NCBI GenBank assembly: GCA_951406725.2
Contig: OX597816.1
Location: forward strand, 158,410,001 to 158,474,000
Reading direction: 5' to 3'
Length of the DNA stretch: 64,000 nt
DNA from: Octopus vulgaris
Lineage: Eukaryota
This document shows, in pieces, positions 11,644-23,429 of the stretch. Position numbers and translations under genes: made by a program. Each line of letters begins with the position of its first letter. The stretch's first letter is position 1. The notes under the pieces were generated by a model. That model was not told the DNA's origin. It saw nothing but the letters and a program-made list of their open reading frames with translations, and did no database searches.

Positions 11644-11781
11644 GAATGGATGATCACTTTGAAACGTAAGAAGAAATCTTTCTCATGTAGTGTTTATCGT
11701 CCAAGCGGTTCATCGTACCTGTTCTTTCAAGAGTTCAACCTTCAAATCCAAGGGGCACAAATCCAGGAAGCCAGTGCTTTT
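11644..11781 (+). CDS. MYDGF: MYDGF exon: EWMITLKRKKKSFSCSVYRPSGSSYLFFQEFNLQIQGAQIQEASAF
   Basis: TTTCAG acceptor and GTAAGT donor; 138 nt, phase 0-0. Matches human QWQMSL...FTCTIWRPQGKSYLYFTQFKAEVRGAEIEYAMAY. Confidence 0.95.
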
Positions 11782-12237
11782 GTAAGTTGTCTTTTCCTGT
11801 TTTAATTCATTGAATGATTTCTTCTCGATTTATCTTTTTTTTTCTCTTCTATCACCCATAATCCAAATCACTTGGGTAACTTTAAAAATAAATAACACAA
11901 AAGCCACCACAAAATGTTCTTTATTTTTGCTTAGTAATGATATCATTGATGAAAATATTTTGGTTTTGTTGGCTTCAATCGTTTTGGCAATATCAGATTG
12001 GACACCAAAGTAATCTGTTAAGCAAACAAGTGAGATAAAAAAACAGAAACGTCTAATTATTTGATGGTTGGATATATAAGATGGAGGAATGATAGTAGTA
12101 GGGCAAAATTCTTAATAGGTTTGATTACTCTGACAATCTCCAAACTATTATAGTAACTATAATTATTATAACATTAAACAACTTCTATGCAGACTTAGTG
12201 TTTCTAATATATTTTGTTTCATTTTCTTTTATACCAG

Positions 12238-12295
12238 GGCAATAGCAACGCTCTCAGTGCTGATGAATATCAAATTGACAAATCACAAAATTCTG
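12238..12295 (+). CDS. MYDGF: MYDGF exon: GNSNALSADEYQIDKSQNS(V)
   Basis: T-rich tract plus ACCAG acceptor and G|GTAAG donor; 58 nt, phase 0-1, which restores frame into the last exon. Aligns to human VPLKTEEFEVTKTAV. Confidence 0.88.
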
Positions 12296-13678
12296 GTAAG
12301 ATTTTGAAGTTGTAAATCTTAAAAATGAAAACATGTTACTTATAGGTTGAAAGTGTTGACTTTCTAACTGAAAGATTGTGTATGTAAACTTTGTTGTTAC
12401 TATTATAGTGTGTGTGTTTGATGACGAAGATTGGTAGTTTTTTTCTCTGTTATTCTGTATCACTGGATGACAAAGGAGCATGAAAAATGTTGAGACACAG
12501 TGAAACCATGGAACTCTTGTCAGTGTGGTAAACAGATGTTAGATGATGATGCGTGAGAGATGAAAGGATGAATAAGTGGAAAGATGTATGACCCTATTTA
12601 TTTCAATCATTTTTGCTGGAATATATAAATGCTGACTGTCTGGTTAAGAAACTAGCTTAGTAACCTTGTGGTTTTGGGTTCAATCCTGTGTGACACTTTG
12701 GGCAAGGATCTACTTCTATAGGCCCAGATTAACTAACGGTTTGTGAGTGAATTTAGTAGATGGAAATTGTGTGGAAAGCCTCAGTTATATATATCTGGAA
12801 TTTGAACCCGTTTCATCTGACTTTGTGCATTTAAATTATAATAAAGTGTTATTAGAATATTAAATGGAAAATAAAAATGAGTGAATTCAATATTAATCAG
12901 GTGAATATATTGGTTCATTTGTTTCAATATGTAGACTCTTCTTTTGCTTGAGTATGTGGTTTGTGCTGGACATTAATAGTGTATATTTGTATTTTATTGA
13001 ATAAGTATAAATTAAAGTGTATATCATAAATAGGAGACAAAGACTAAAGCAACTGTACAGATGTATTTATTGTCCCTTACCGTGCCCTTTGTCGTTTACG
13101 AAGACAAATGTTTCAAAAGTTTCATAAAACACTCAATGCTTGTCAAATTGTAAGCAAATAAAAGCCTAAGTTCACTGCTTTCTTTCTCGAACTGTTGGTA
13201 TACTTCAGTATGCAAGCTTTTATAACTTCTATTAATCAAAATTTCATTTCCAAAGCATTATTCAACCCAGGACTATGGTAGAATACATGCAATGTTCCAT
13301 ACAGTAAGACTGAATGGCTATTTTTAAATTTTAGGTAATCAAATGGCTGAATCTTGAGAACTATAAAATACATCAGAAAGCCTTTCTACACTCTATATAA
13401 TTACATAAAATATCAACACAGGCATGTATGTATTGGCGAAAGACATACACATTGGTAAGAAAGTGTGAATAAATCAGTGCCTTTCACTGTTCCCCTTAAA
13501 AATGAAGTGAACCTCTGATTGGCTTACTGGAAACCTATGTCACAATTTGTTCTCAAATACATAATTTATCAGAAGAAAAGTAGCTTGTTACTTCCCTTTA
13601 TTTTTATCATTTCTTCTATAGCCTATTTAACTTGTTACCTCCCTTCATTTTTAATTTTCCTTTTCTGTGTTCTTTCAG

Positions 13679-13764
13679 TGTCACACGTAAGAGGCAAATT
13701 CAAATCAGAACTTACAAAGATAGTAGTCAAGGGTTCATTACAAAAGAAGAAAAAGGAATTATGA
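13679..13764 (+). CDS. MYDGF: MYDGF last coding exon: VSHVRGKFKSELTKIVVKGSLQKKKKEL*
   Basis: TTTCAG acceptor, phase 1. Matches human VAHRPGAFKAELSKLVIVAKASRTEL, including the C-terminal xxEL motif. TGA at 13762-13764. Confidence 0.95.
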
Positions 13765-13954
13765 TTTTAAATGCACTGAAATTCCCTCATGTTCTAAATG
13801 GCATTTCTTGGAACTGCCTGTTATTGATCCTGTTTTCAAAACTCAGGAAACTTGTGTGTACGTTTGAGTTTGTATGTTTTATGTTTTCATGTATGTATAA
13901 TATGTTTATAATGTATGTTTATAAATGAAGAATATATTTGAGGTTTTTTTTCTA

Positions 13955-13960
13955 AATAAA
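13955..13960 (+). promoter_or_regulatory. Candidate polyadenylation signal of MYDGF
   Basis: AATAAA about 190 nt after the stop, followed by a T-rich downstream tract. Confidence 0.55.
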
Positions 13961-14818
13961 GATTTGAATAATAATTTTTAATTTCTTTATTCTTAATTGG
14001 GAGGATGTGTTTCTTGATTGAAAAACGAGGGCAGAACGTCCCACAGAATGACTGTTTAAAAAAGAAAATTGTTTCGGAATTAAATAAGATTTCTGAAGTC
14101 AGCAGTACTCAGCCTGCAGTCTTGCCAGTTCTTGGAGGGTTTGCAAAGTTTGTGCTGGAGATCTGTAAATTGTGTTCAAATTTTCTTAAGTAGACATACC
14201 TTTCATAAGCCAATGATTCATGGGAAAAATCATTTATAAATAAAGAGTCCTTTATAGCAAAAAAAAAAGTTAGGAACCATTCTTTCACGTATAGACTAAG
14301 GCAACGCAAACTCTGTTAGTGAATGAGTGAGCCTCTATGTGGTCACTCGACCTGCTAGAAATAGCATTCAAATCCTTAAATAACATTTTGCTGTTTTAAA
14401 AAGGATACATCATCATCGTCATTTAACATCATGTTCTATGCTGGAATGAGCAAAACGGTTTGATAATTCGATGGGTCCATCGTGCTCTAATTTCTGCTTG
14501 GTTTGTATGGGTTGATGCTTTCCTAAGGCCAACCACTTTTCAGTATGTACTGGGTGTTTTTTTTCATACCACCGGCATTATGAGGTCACCATGTAGTTCC
14601 TAAGACTATAATGCTTGAGGTTGGGATGGGGATGTCTTTATGCGACAACATTAGGGGTGAAAGAATGAGAGAAAGGATGCACAGTGTAGGATGACCAGGC
14701 TCTTGCAGAGGAGCTACATAGTTACATTTAGAGAAGAGAAGGTAGACATAATTATTGGGAGCTGCAAATCCAAGTGGCTTCTCAAGGTACAAAGTGAGTA
14801 GGAGATATAGATAGGATA

Positions 14819-15050
14819 AGGCGGCGAGCTGGCAGAAACGTTAGCACACCGGGCGAAATGCGTAGCCGTATTTCGTCTGCCATTTCGTTCTGGGTCCAAA
14901 TTCCGCCGAGGTCGACTTTGCCTTTCATCCTTTTGGGGTCGATAAATTAAGTACCAGTTATGCACTGGGGTCGATATAATCGACTTAATCCGTTTGTCTG
15001 TTCTTGTTTGTCCCCTCTGTGTTTAGCCCCTTGTGGGTAGTAAAGAAATA
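14819..15050 (+). mobile_element. SINE family B (subfamily B2), full-length monomer
   Basis: Runs from head GGCGGCGAGCTGGCAGAAACGTTAG to 3' end GTAAAGAAATA. TSD GATATAGATAGGA on both sides. Confidence 0.88.
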
Positions 15051-15654
15051 GATATAGATAGGAATAGGTGGAATAGAGGGTGGGTAACAACTGTAAAGAT
15101 TTGATAGGAAAGAATTGCTATAATCGTAATTTAGCCTGATTAGAGTTGACCTGTGGTTATGAAACAATATATCCAGTTAAAAGAATATTCTGAAATAAAC
15201 TAGCATACACAGACTATAGAAGGTAGGGATAATTGTTGTTGCTTAATCCCATGTAAACCCTGATTCAGATAATCTATACTGAAAGGATTTCCAATCATGA
15301 TCAGCCATACTGCTAGGATTTTAAAAGATGTTAAGGTGTGATTTAACTGAGATTTGGCTGCTGTTTCTAGCAGCTTGAGAGACCATGTAGAAGCTTTTGT
15401 GTTGACCCAAGGAAAGGACTGCAATAAACGCTGGTTGTTTAGTTACAAGTTAATCATGACTGAGTAGCCATATGATCAAAGACATTCCAACTATGACCAT
15501 TCAGTCTTTACAGGGTATGAAGGACCACATTATCAACTGTAGACACCGAGAACAATGGGAAGGTGCATGCTGAAACACTCAGATCGCAATATCGGCGTCT
15601 ATTCTCTCTCTCTCTCCCTCTCTTTGTCTCTGTCTGTCTGTCTATCTCTCTCTG

Positions 15655-16080
15655 AGTAGATTTGGTAGATGGAAACTGAAAGAAGCTCGTATATATATAT
15701 ATATATATACACTCACGGAGTGGTTGGTGTTAGGAAGGGCATCCAGCCGTAGAAACACTGCCAGATAAGACAGGAGCCTGGTGCAGCCTTCTGGCTTCCC
15801 AGACCCTGGTTGAACTGTCCAACCCATGCTAGCATGGAAAACGGACGTTAAACGATGATGATGATATATATATGTGTGTGTGTGTCTGCATTTGTCCCTC
15901 TCCAGCATCGCTTGGCAACCGCTGCTGGTGTGTTTACATCCCTGTAACTTAGTAGTTCGGCAAAAGAGACCGATAGAATAAGTACTAGGCTTATAAAGAA
16001 TAAGTCCTGGTGTCGATTTGCTCGACTAAAGACAGTGCTCCAGCATGGCCACATCCAAATGACTGAAACAAATAAAAGAA
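15655..16080 (+). mobile_element. SINE family A interrupted by an RTE 3' tail (15710-15863)
   Basis: SINE halves are collinear on both sides. The insert ends GGACGTTAAAC(GAT)n inside the (TA)n tract. Confidence 0.8.
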
Positions 16081-16089
16081 TATATATAT

Positions 16090-16252
16090 GTGCAGGTATG
16101 GCTATTATGGTCAGAAGTTTGCTTCCCAACCACATGGTTCCTGGTTTAATCCCACTGTGTGGTATCTTGAGCAAGTGTCCTCTACTACGGTAAATCAAAG
16201 CCTTGTGACAGGCGTCTATGTATATATATATTGTGTGTGAGTGTGTGTACGT

Positions 16253-16293
<41 letters not shown>

Positions 16294-16660
16294 CGTGCAT
16301 GTGAGTGTGTGTGCATGCGTGTGGGTACGTGCGTGCTTGTGGTGTGTGTGTGTACGTGCGTGTGTGTGTGTACGTGCGTGTTTGTGTGTGTGTGCGTGCG
16401 TGTGTGTATGTGTGTGTGTGTATAAACGTACAGAAAATAAGATAGAGATAGGTAAGCGAACAATAACGTGTATGTGCCTTTGCTTTTGTTCCACTGCTTG
16501 ACAACCTGTGTTGGTTCGTTTATATCCCCGTAACCTAGCGGTTCGGCAGAAAGAGAACAATAGAATAAGTACCAGGCTAAGTAAAAAGCAAGTACTGGGA
16601 TCGGTTTGTTTGACTAAACACTTCATGGCCGTAGTCTAACGACTGAAACAAGTAAAATAT
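16090..16660 (+). mobile_element. SINE family A with an expanded internal (GT)n/(GTGC)n microsatellite
   Basis: Head at 16090-16210 and tail half at 16485-16660. Confidence 0.7.
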
Positions 16661-16735
16661 ATATAAACGTGTGCGCGTGTTTGTGTGTGTGTGTGTTTGC
16701 GTGTGTGTGTGTATGTGTGCGTGCGTGTAGCGAAT

Positions 16736-17606
16736 ATCTACTACATATGTGGGAAATCCTGTCCGGTTGTGTTTGGGGAGTTGTTAGTTAACTCCCCTTA
16801 CATCGTTTTATCGATTTCGATTAAACTTGACACGTGAGTAGAACACATGTCAGGGAACCACATGGCATACTCAGATTGTTGAAAAAAAAAAATCGATAAC
16901 GGTCCCTGGAAGGGATCCTTATATATCTGATATATTTCATTTTATCAGCCAAGGGAAATAATCCATTCCTTTTCTTAAATCATTTGGTATAAATCAAATT
17001 GAGTATGCTTATTTCTTAGTATTTGAACTGTTAGAATTATTTTCGCAATTTATCCAGTACAACCCTTAAACAAGTAAATAGTATTTTCCTAAACAATAGA
17101 TCCACTTATTTCGGTTAGTGACTTATTCACGAATATACCTACACTGGAGCCGCTGAGGGTAATATTCTCTGGGAACGCACAAAATCCATTTTCAGAGTTA
17201 TTTACTTTGAATTGTTATTATCTCATATCTGATTAGCCTGTTATTACGTAACATGCTTCACGATTTTAGTATACATATCTTATTAGTATTTTCTCCTAAG
17301 TTCTGTATACTCTGGGAACGCATTAAAGCTCTTTTCAGGGCTACTTTATTTGAATTCTTACTATCGGATAACTAATTTCATGTTATTACATAACTGACTT
17401 CACAATTTGGGTATTCATAACTTATTGGGAATTCCTACAAACAAGATCCTGTGTAAGACAGTTCGATATTCCCTATGAATGCACAAAAACCATTTTAAGG
17501 GCTACATAATTTGTATTGTTGTTATTGGATTAGCGAAACAATTATGAGAATGGAACCAAAGGATAAGCCCAGCTTTCCCGGAAATTACCGGGTATGTCAG
17601 CTAATA
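16736..17606 (+). mobile_element. Non-autonomous Helitron-like element with three ~150-bp internal repeats
   Basis: 5' end a|TCTACTACATAT. 3' hairpin CCCGG-AAATTA-CCGGG followed by CAGCTAAT (CTAG-like). Internal repeats start near 17165, 17310 and 17470. Confidence 0.55.
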
Positions 17607-17860
17607 ATATAATATATACGCATGTGTGTGAAGACGCGTGGCCTAGTGAGTAGGGTGTAGCACTTACAATTGTAAGATCGTGGTTTCGCTTCACAGACCG
17701 GGCGGTGCACTCTATTCTTGAGCAAAACTCATCATGTCTATTTAACACAAGACTTGTTTGTAAATAAACATGGCACCAAGAATAATAACACATTACAAAA
17801 ATGAGTAAGAATACCATACCTTTGTAATCCTAACTTCTTTTTAGCTTTTTTCCTATTTTC

Positions 17861-17940
17861 GGCTACTGACGAGTAACGTTTGACAACCCAGATTCTTAAA
17901 ATGAAATTATTGTCTTTCTGTATGAAACGATTGTATAGCT
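17861..17940 (+). ncRNA. Minimal type I hammerhead ribozyme motif, Penelope-like pLTR relic
   Basis: GGCTA-CTGACGA-(long stem II)-GAAA-C-GATT-GTA^TAGCT. Core intact; stem I GCTA/TAGC. Confidence 0.6.
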
Positions 17941-18137
17941 ACCTGAATAAAAAAAAATATCATCCATATTAACATCTAATCTTCCCCATTTATGTAAAAT
18001 ATGATTGGATTTGTTGAACTTTGTTTAATAAGTTAAATCATATACTTAATATGAAATAATGGAATAATTACTATGAAGCACTGTGTGGAATATATTGTAT
18101 AAAGGATCGTGGGTAAGGCCAGAACAATGCAAAGTAA

Positions 18138-19102
18138 ATGCAAGGGAAATCACAAGAAAACAAACATATGAATTAATGTAGACTTACCTTGCATTCAATA
18201 TTTCAGGGTTTTGACCCCATTTTCAAGTCAGTTTCTTGAAAATGGGGTCATAACCCCGAAATATTTATTTCTTTATTACCCACGGGGACTAAACATAGAG
18301 GGGACAAACTAGGATAGACAAAGGAATTAAGTCGATTATATCGACCTCGGTGCGTAACTGGTACTTATTTAATTGACTCCGAAAGGATGAAAGGCAAAGT
18401 CGACATCGGCAGAATTTGAACATAACAGCAGACGAAATACCTATTTCTTTACTGCCAACAAGGAGCTACACACAGAGGGGACAAACGGATTAAGTCGATT
18501 ATATCGACCCCAGTGCGTAACTGATACTTGATTTATCGACCCCGAAAGGATGAAAGGCAAAATCGACCTCGGCGGAATTTGACCTCAGAATGTAACGGCA
18601 AGCGAAATACCTATTTCATTATTACCCACAAGGGGCTAAACATAGAGGGGACAAACAAGGACAGACATAGGTATTAAGTCGATTACATCGACCCCAGTGC
18701 GTAACTGGTACTTAATTTATCGACCCCGAAAGGATGAAAGGCAAAGTCGACATCGGCGGAATTTGACCTCAGAATGTAACGGCAAGCGAAATACCTATTT
18801 CTTTATTACCCACAAGCGGCTAAACACAGAGGGGATAAACAAGGACAGACATAGGTATTAAGTCGATTACATCGACCCCAGTGCGTAACTGGTGCTTAAT
18901 TTATCGACCCCGAAAGGTTGAAAGGCAAAGTCGACCTCGGCGGAATTTGAACTCACAACGTAACGCAGACGAAATACCGCTAAGCATTTCGCCGGGCGTG
19001 CTAACGGTTCTGCCGGCTCGCCACCTTATAATCCCGAAATATTGAATGCAAGGTAAGTCTACATTAATTCATATATTTGTTTTCTTGGAATTTGCTTTGC
19101 AT
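18138..19102. repeat. ~187-bp palindrome (arms ~90 bp, loop 18228-18234) interrupted by a SINE tetramer
   Basis: 18138-18227 is the reverse complement of 18235-18265 joined to 19044-19102. Confidence 0.85.
18266..19027 (-). mobile_element. Head-to-tail tetramer of SINE B2
   Basis: Junctions GAAATAC|CTATTTC at 18440, 18610 and 18794. TSD ATAA(C/T)CCCGAAATATT at 18250-18265 and 19028-19043. Confidence 0.9.
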
Positions 19103-19499
19103 ATGTAAGCCATGCCTTGAAATGTGTAACGGCAGAAATTAAATTGTAAACAATTATATGGTAAACAATAAAATGGATTTGGTACATAGCAGGATGGAAT
19201 GTCAGCGTCGTAATCAATTTGTAAGGATTGGTTCTTCGTTGATTGCCATTATGTAAAGATGAAAGAACAGTGATTGAAATTGTGAAGAAAATATTTATAT
19301 GCCGTTACACTGAATATACCTTGCCTCGACGGGCAAGAGGTAAAGTCCAAAAGCATGCGAAGTAAAAAGGTTAATTTTGGCCTCTATGTTCTTATTGTAG
19401 TAGTAAACCATAGAGAGAGATATGGTAATGTGCAGAGAAGAGAAAGCGAGTTAGTGAAAGTGAGAGAGTGTGGGATGAAACAACTGATTTGTTGGTGAG

Positions 19500-20267
19500 T
19501 TACCGTAGTTGTCATTTTCGTGCCCTTATCTCTAGAGACGCACATATCAGAAATAGTTTAAAAAAACTCCGTTCTGGAGATTTTTCACTCAAAGACGACC
19601 AGCGTTCTGGTCAACTTACTGAAGTTGATGATGACCGAATCAAAGCCATAACTGAATCTGAGAGATTGCAGAGACGTTAAATGTATCACACACAGCAATT
19701 GAAAATCACTTAAAATGTCTTGGACTCGTTAAGAAGCTCGATTATAGGGTTCCACATTGATTGCAAGAGATTCACTTAACACAACGAATCAATATTTGCG
19801 ATATGCATCTCAAACGCAAGGAAATCGACTGGAGGAAAAAAAAAAAAACGACCAGAATTGGCAAATCGTAAAGGAATCGTGTTCCACCATGACAACGCTA
19901 GACCACACACGTCTTTGCTAACTCGTGAAAAATTATTGGAGCTTGGTTGGGAAGTGATGTCACATCCACCATATAGCCCTGACCTTGCACCATCAGATTA
20001 TCATTTATTTCGAAGTTTGCGAAATTCTTTGAATGGTAAAACTTTCAATAAGGAGGATGACCTGAAATCGCACTTGCATCAGGTTTTGGCTGATAAGGAC
20101 CAGAAGTTCTATGAACGGGGAATCATGAAGCTGCCAGAATGATGGCAAAAGGTCATCGAACAAAATGGAAAATGTATAACTGATTAAAGTTCATTCTTTG
20201 CATGAAAAAAGAAATGACTTTTATTTCATACTAAAAAAATCGAAATTACTTTCTTGCCAACCCAATA
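19500..20267 (+). mobile_element. mariner (DD34D) transposon relic, internally deleted, with right TIR
   Basis: ORF 19858-20142 carries HDNARPH and HPPYSPDLAPSDYHLF. N-terminal HTH remnants at 19540-19800. TIR CGAAATTACTTTCTTGCCAACCCAA plus TA. Confidence 0.92.
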
Positions 20268-20639
20268 CAATGGAAAATAACACGCGTTTGATCAGAAATT
20301 CACCCATAACCAATAAACATATTTAAATATACTACATTAATAAAAGTTAGGTTTACATAAACGTGTTTACGTACGTCCATGTTTGTACAGATTAACCGAA
20401 TAATTCATGTTTTGTGTAAATGAGTAAATGAATGAAGCAAACAGCAAGATACTATACAGAAAACTTCAAGTTCACGTACAAATAACTAGTCTCCATTAAT
20501 AGTTAACTGTTTTTCTATGTATTCTGCTTTTCTCCCATTTATTAACTGCTACCTCTTGCAACCTGTAAAGTTACTCCCCAGACACTAAATTATATTTTTT
20601 CTCAAAATACGATGCCAAAATTAAATCTTAATCTGAACT

Positions 20640-21100
20640 GATGGAATCGTTAACACGCCGGAAAAATGCCTAGCGGTATTTCGTCCGTCCTTACGTTCTA
20701 AGTTCAAATTCCGCCGAGGTCGACTTTGCCTTTCATCCTTTCGGGGTCGATAAATTAAGTACCAGTGAAACACTGGGATCGATGTAATCGATAAGTCCTC
20801 TTCCCCAAATTTCAGGCCTTGTACCTTTAGTAGAAAGTATTATTTATCTCTCCCACCCTTCCCCGCTTTTAGCTGTTAGCTTTGGCGGCGCGCTGGCAGA
20901 ATCGTTAACATGCCAGACGAAATACTTAGAGGCATTTCTTTCGGCTTTAAGTTCTCAGTTCAAATTTCGCCGAGGTCAACTTTGTCTTTCATCCTGTCAG
21001 GATTGATAAAAATAAGTACTAATTGAGAACTAGGGTCAACGTAATCGACTTAACCGCTCCTATAAAATTCCAGGTCTTCTACCTATAGTAGGAAGAATAT
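20640..21100 (+). mobile_element. Two adjacent SINE B1 copies (20640-20840, 20884-21100)
   Basis: Family head, core and 3' end are recognisable in both. Confidence 0.75.
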
Positions 21101-21853
21101 TTCTATAAACACTGGTTTCTGACGATGCTCTAAGGTCAAACATATCTTGATGAGGATATCTCTTTTAAATCGACTCCTGTTTTGAGTTGGTAATCATTCT
21201 TTCGACTCTAGAAAGATGAAAGGCAAAGGTAACTCAGGCAAGGGACATGACTAAATACCAAAAAATAATTTGGTACAGTACTCAACAGATTCTCACATCA
21301 ATTGCCTTTATTCCTGCAAATAATTATTTTTAATTTCGACCACAATGCCACACGTGTTGGTATACAGTATGGCCGAACATAGCGACTCTCGTATTTCCTG
21401 TTCCAGCTCGGCAGCAGTTGAATGACTGAAACAAGTAAAAGAGTAATTTAGTCAAGCAACATTCGCCAGAGAATATATAGTATATTTTCCCCTAATATAA
21501 GTCATGCTGCACATTTATACAGCGACATTCATACAAGCTCCACCACGCCACACCACACAAAAACTGCAACACATCTATCCTCGTTTATGACGGTTGTTTG
21601 TTTACAAGCAAAAAACACCGTATTAAGTGAATCAGTGATAAATGAATAATAGAAAATATGGAGGAAATAGGTTAGGTTCCGAGATCCCAAGTTGTCCTGA
21701 GCATTGTGGTTGGTTGCTGGGGTGTGCTTTTGCGGTCCAAGAAGAATCTTTGACTGAGTGCCGACCAGTGTTATCACAAATCAATCCGTGATAAGCGTAA
21801 CACGATTTACAAGTGAGCGTACTATGTCATCGAGGATCAATGATGAATGAACG

Positions 21854-22149
21854 TGGAGGCACATGACCTGGTGGTTAGAGCAGCGGACTCGCGGTTGAGG
21901 GATCGCAGGTTCGAATCTCAGACCGGGCGATGTGTGTGTTTATGAGCGAAACACCCAAGCTCCACGTGGCTCCGGCAGAAGGTAATGGCGAACTTCTGCT
22001 GACTCTTTCGCCACAACTTTCTCTTACTCTTTCCTCCTGCGTCTTACAGCTTACCTGCGACGGACCGGCGTTCCGTCTAGGTGGGGAACCTACACGCCAT
22101 GGAAACCGGGAAACCGGCCCTTATGAGCTAGGCATGACTTGAGAAGGAA
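21854..22149 (+). mobile_element. SINE family D (tRNA-derived head), full length
   Basis: A-box-like GGTGGTTAGAGC and B-box GGTTCGAATC. Perfect 16-bp TSD CAATGATGAATGAACG. Second copy at 59765. Confidence 0.9.
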
Positions 22150-23429
22150 CAATGATGAATGAACGAGGATAGATGTAGACAGGAAAAAAAAAAGACAGAA
22201 CAAAACCTAGAAAAATATTTAATAAATATTTGTTATGAGGACCCACAAGTGTAAGTTGCTGGTCTTCGGTCAAAATTTTTGCCTCGGAACTTTCGAAGTT
22301 GTGACAGTTTCCAGTAATTTATTTCCACAAGGAAAAGTGGATTACAGCCAACACTACATTGGGATAATCTGGAAAATATTTTGTCCTCGTAACAAGAGCT
22401 CGTTGTAGCTCTCTTGGTCGGCAAAGTGACAGAATTGTTCGGGCGTCGGATAGAATGCTCCGACTCTTTGAGCTCTAAAATCATTTCCATCGAAGTTAAC
22501 TTTGACTGCCATCCCTTCGGATTCAATAAAAATGTACTAGTTCAAAGCAGCAGCTTGGCAAAACAGTAAAAACGTCGGACCAAATGTCTAGTGATATTCA
22601 TTCCAGCTCTTTCTGTTCTGAGTTCAAATCGCATTATGGCCTGTATGACCTGTGCTGCTCGGTTTAACACAACCATTTGGCGCCTCGTGTGCTTTCAGCG
22701 GATTTCTAAGGATAACTTCCCCTTCTCTCCTACCAGAGGCTTTACAACGAGTCGTAGGTTTGACCCCCTCTTCCTGATTAAAAGATAAAAAAAAATCTCC
22801 TAAAGAAAAACATTTTGCAAAAACAAAAAAAAAAAAGTAATTTTGGTATCTATCTCCCACATGTTACGATCTCTTAAATCATAGTATTACTCCTTGCTTG
22901 TAAGTACAGTTAAATGTACAGTTAAATGTGGCAGACGAGTACAAAAGATTCTCAAGGAAATTAAAGTAAGAAATATGGTTTACTGTGTTACCAGCACTTG
23001 AAGTTTGTAGAGGCTTCCACACTAACAAATTGATGGTATAAATTATAGCCAGGTTTAATGTTTGAGTCTGTCTCAGATCAAGACACTGCAATTGACTTGA
23101 CAGATTTTAGGGTTTCAAAAGAAAAGTCGATTATACATGGATCGTTTTATTTCGTTTGTGATTGTTAATCTTGTTGCTAGGGATCTTGTATCGAAGACGG
23201 ATGAGATAGTGTTACGAGGTGGATTAATGTAGATGACGCTGTAGCTAAAGTTTGTTATTATAGTGACTCAGAAATAATGCAGATCGTTGAAAGTCTTGAG
23301 AAAGAAAATAGTGGAGAGGAAAGCAACAATGAAAATGAGAAAGATGCAGCAGAAAGTATTTTTACAGATAGGTTAATTCAGTAAACGGGCAAAGTGTTAA
23401 AGTGTTCAGAACAACACAGTTTTATAACT

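Noticed and set aside
13519-13678. 81-aa ORF with a hydrophobic N-terminus as a standalone membrane protein
   Set aside because: The upstream part is the intron's polypyrimidine tract. Only 13679-13764 is MYDGF coding.
21854-21930. Genuine tRNA genes at SINE heads (also 37738, 59765)
   Set aside because: They lack a complete acceptor stem and T-run terminator, and continue into SINE bodies, with TSDs at 21854 and 59765.
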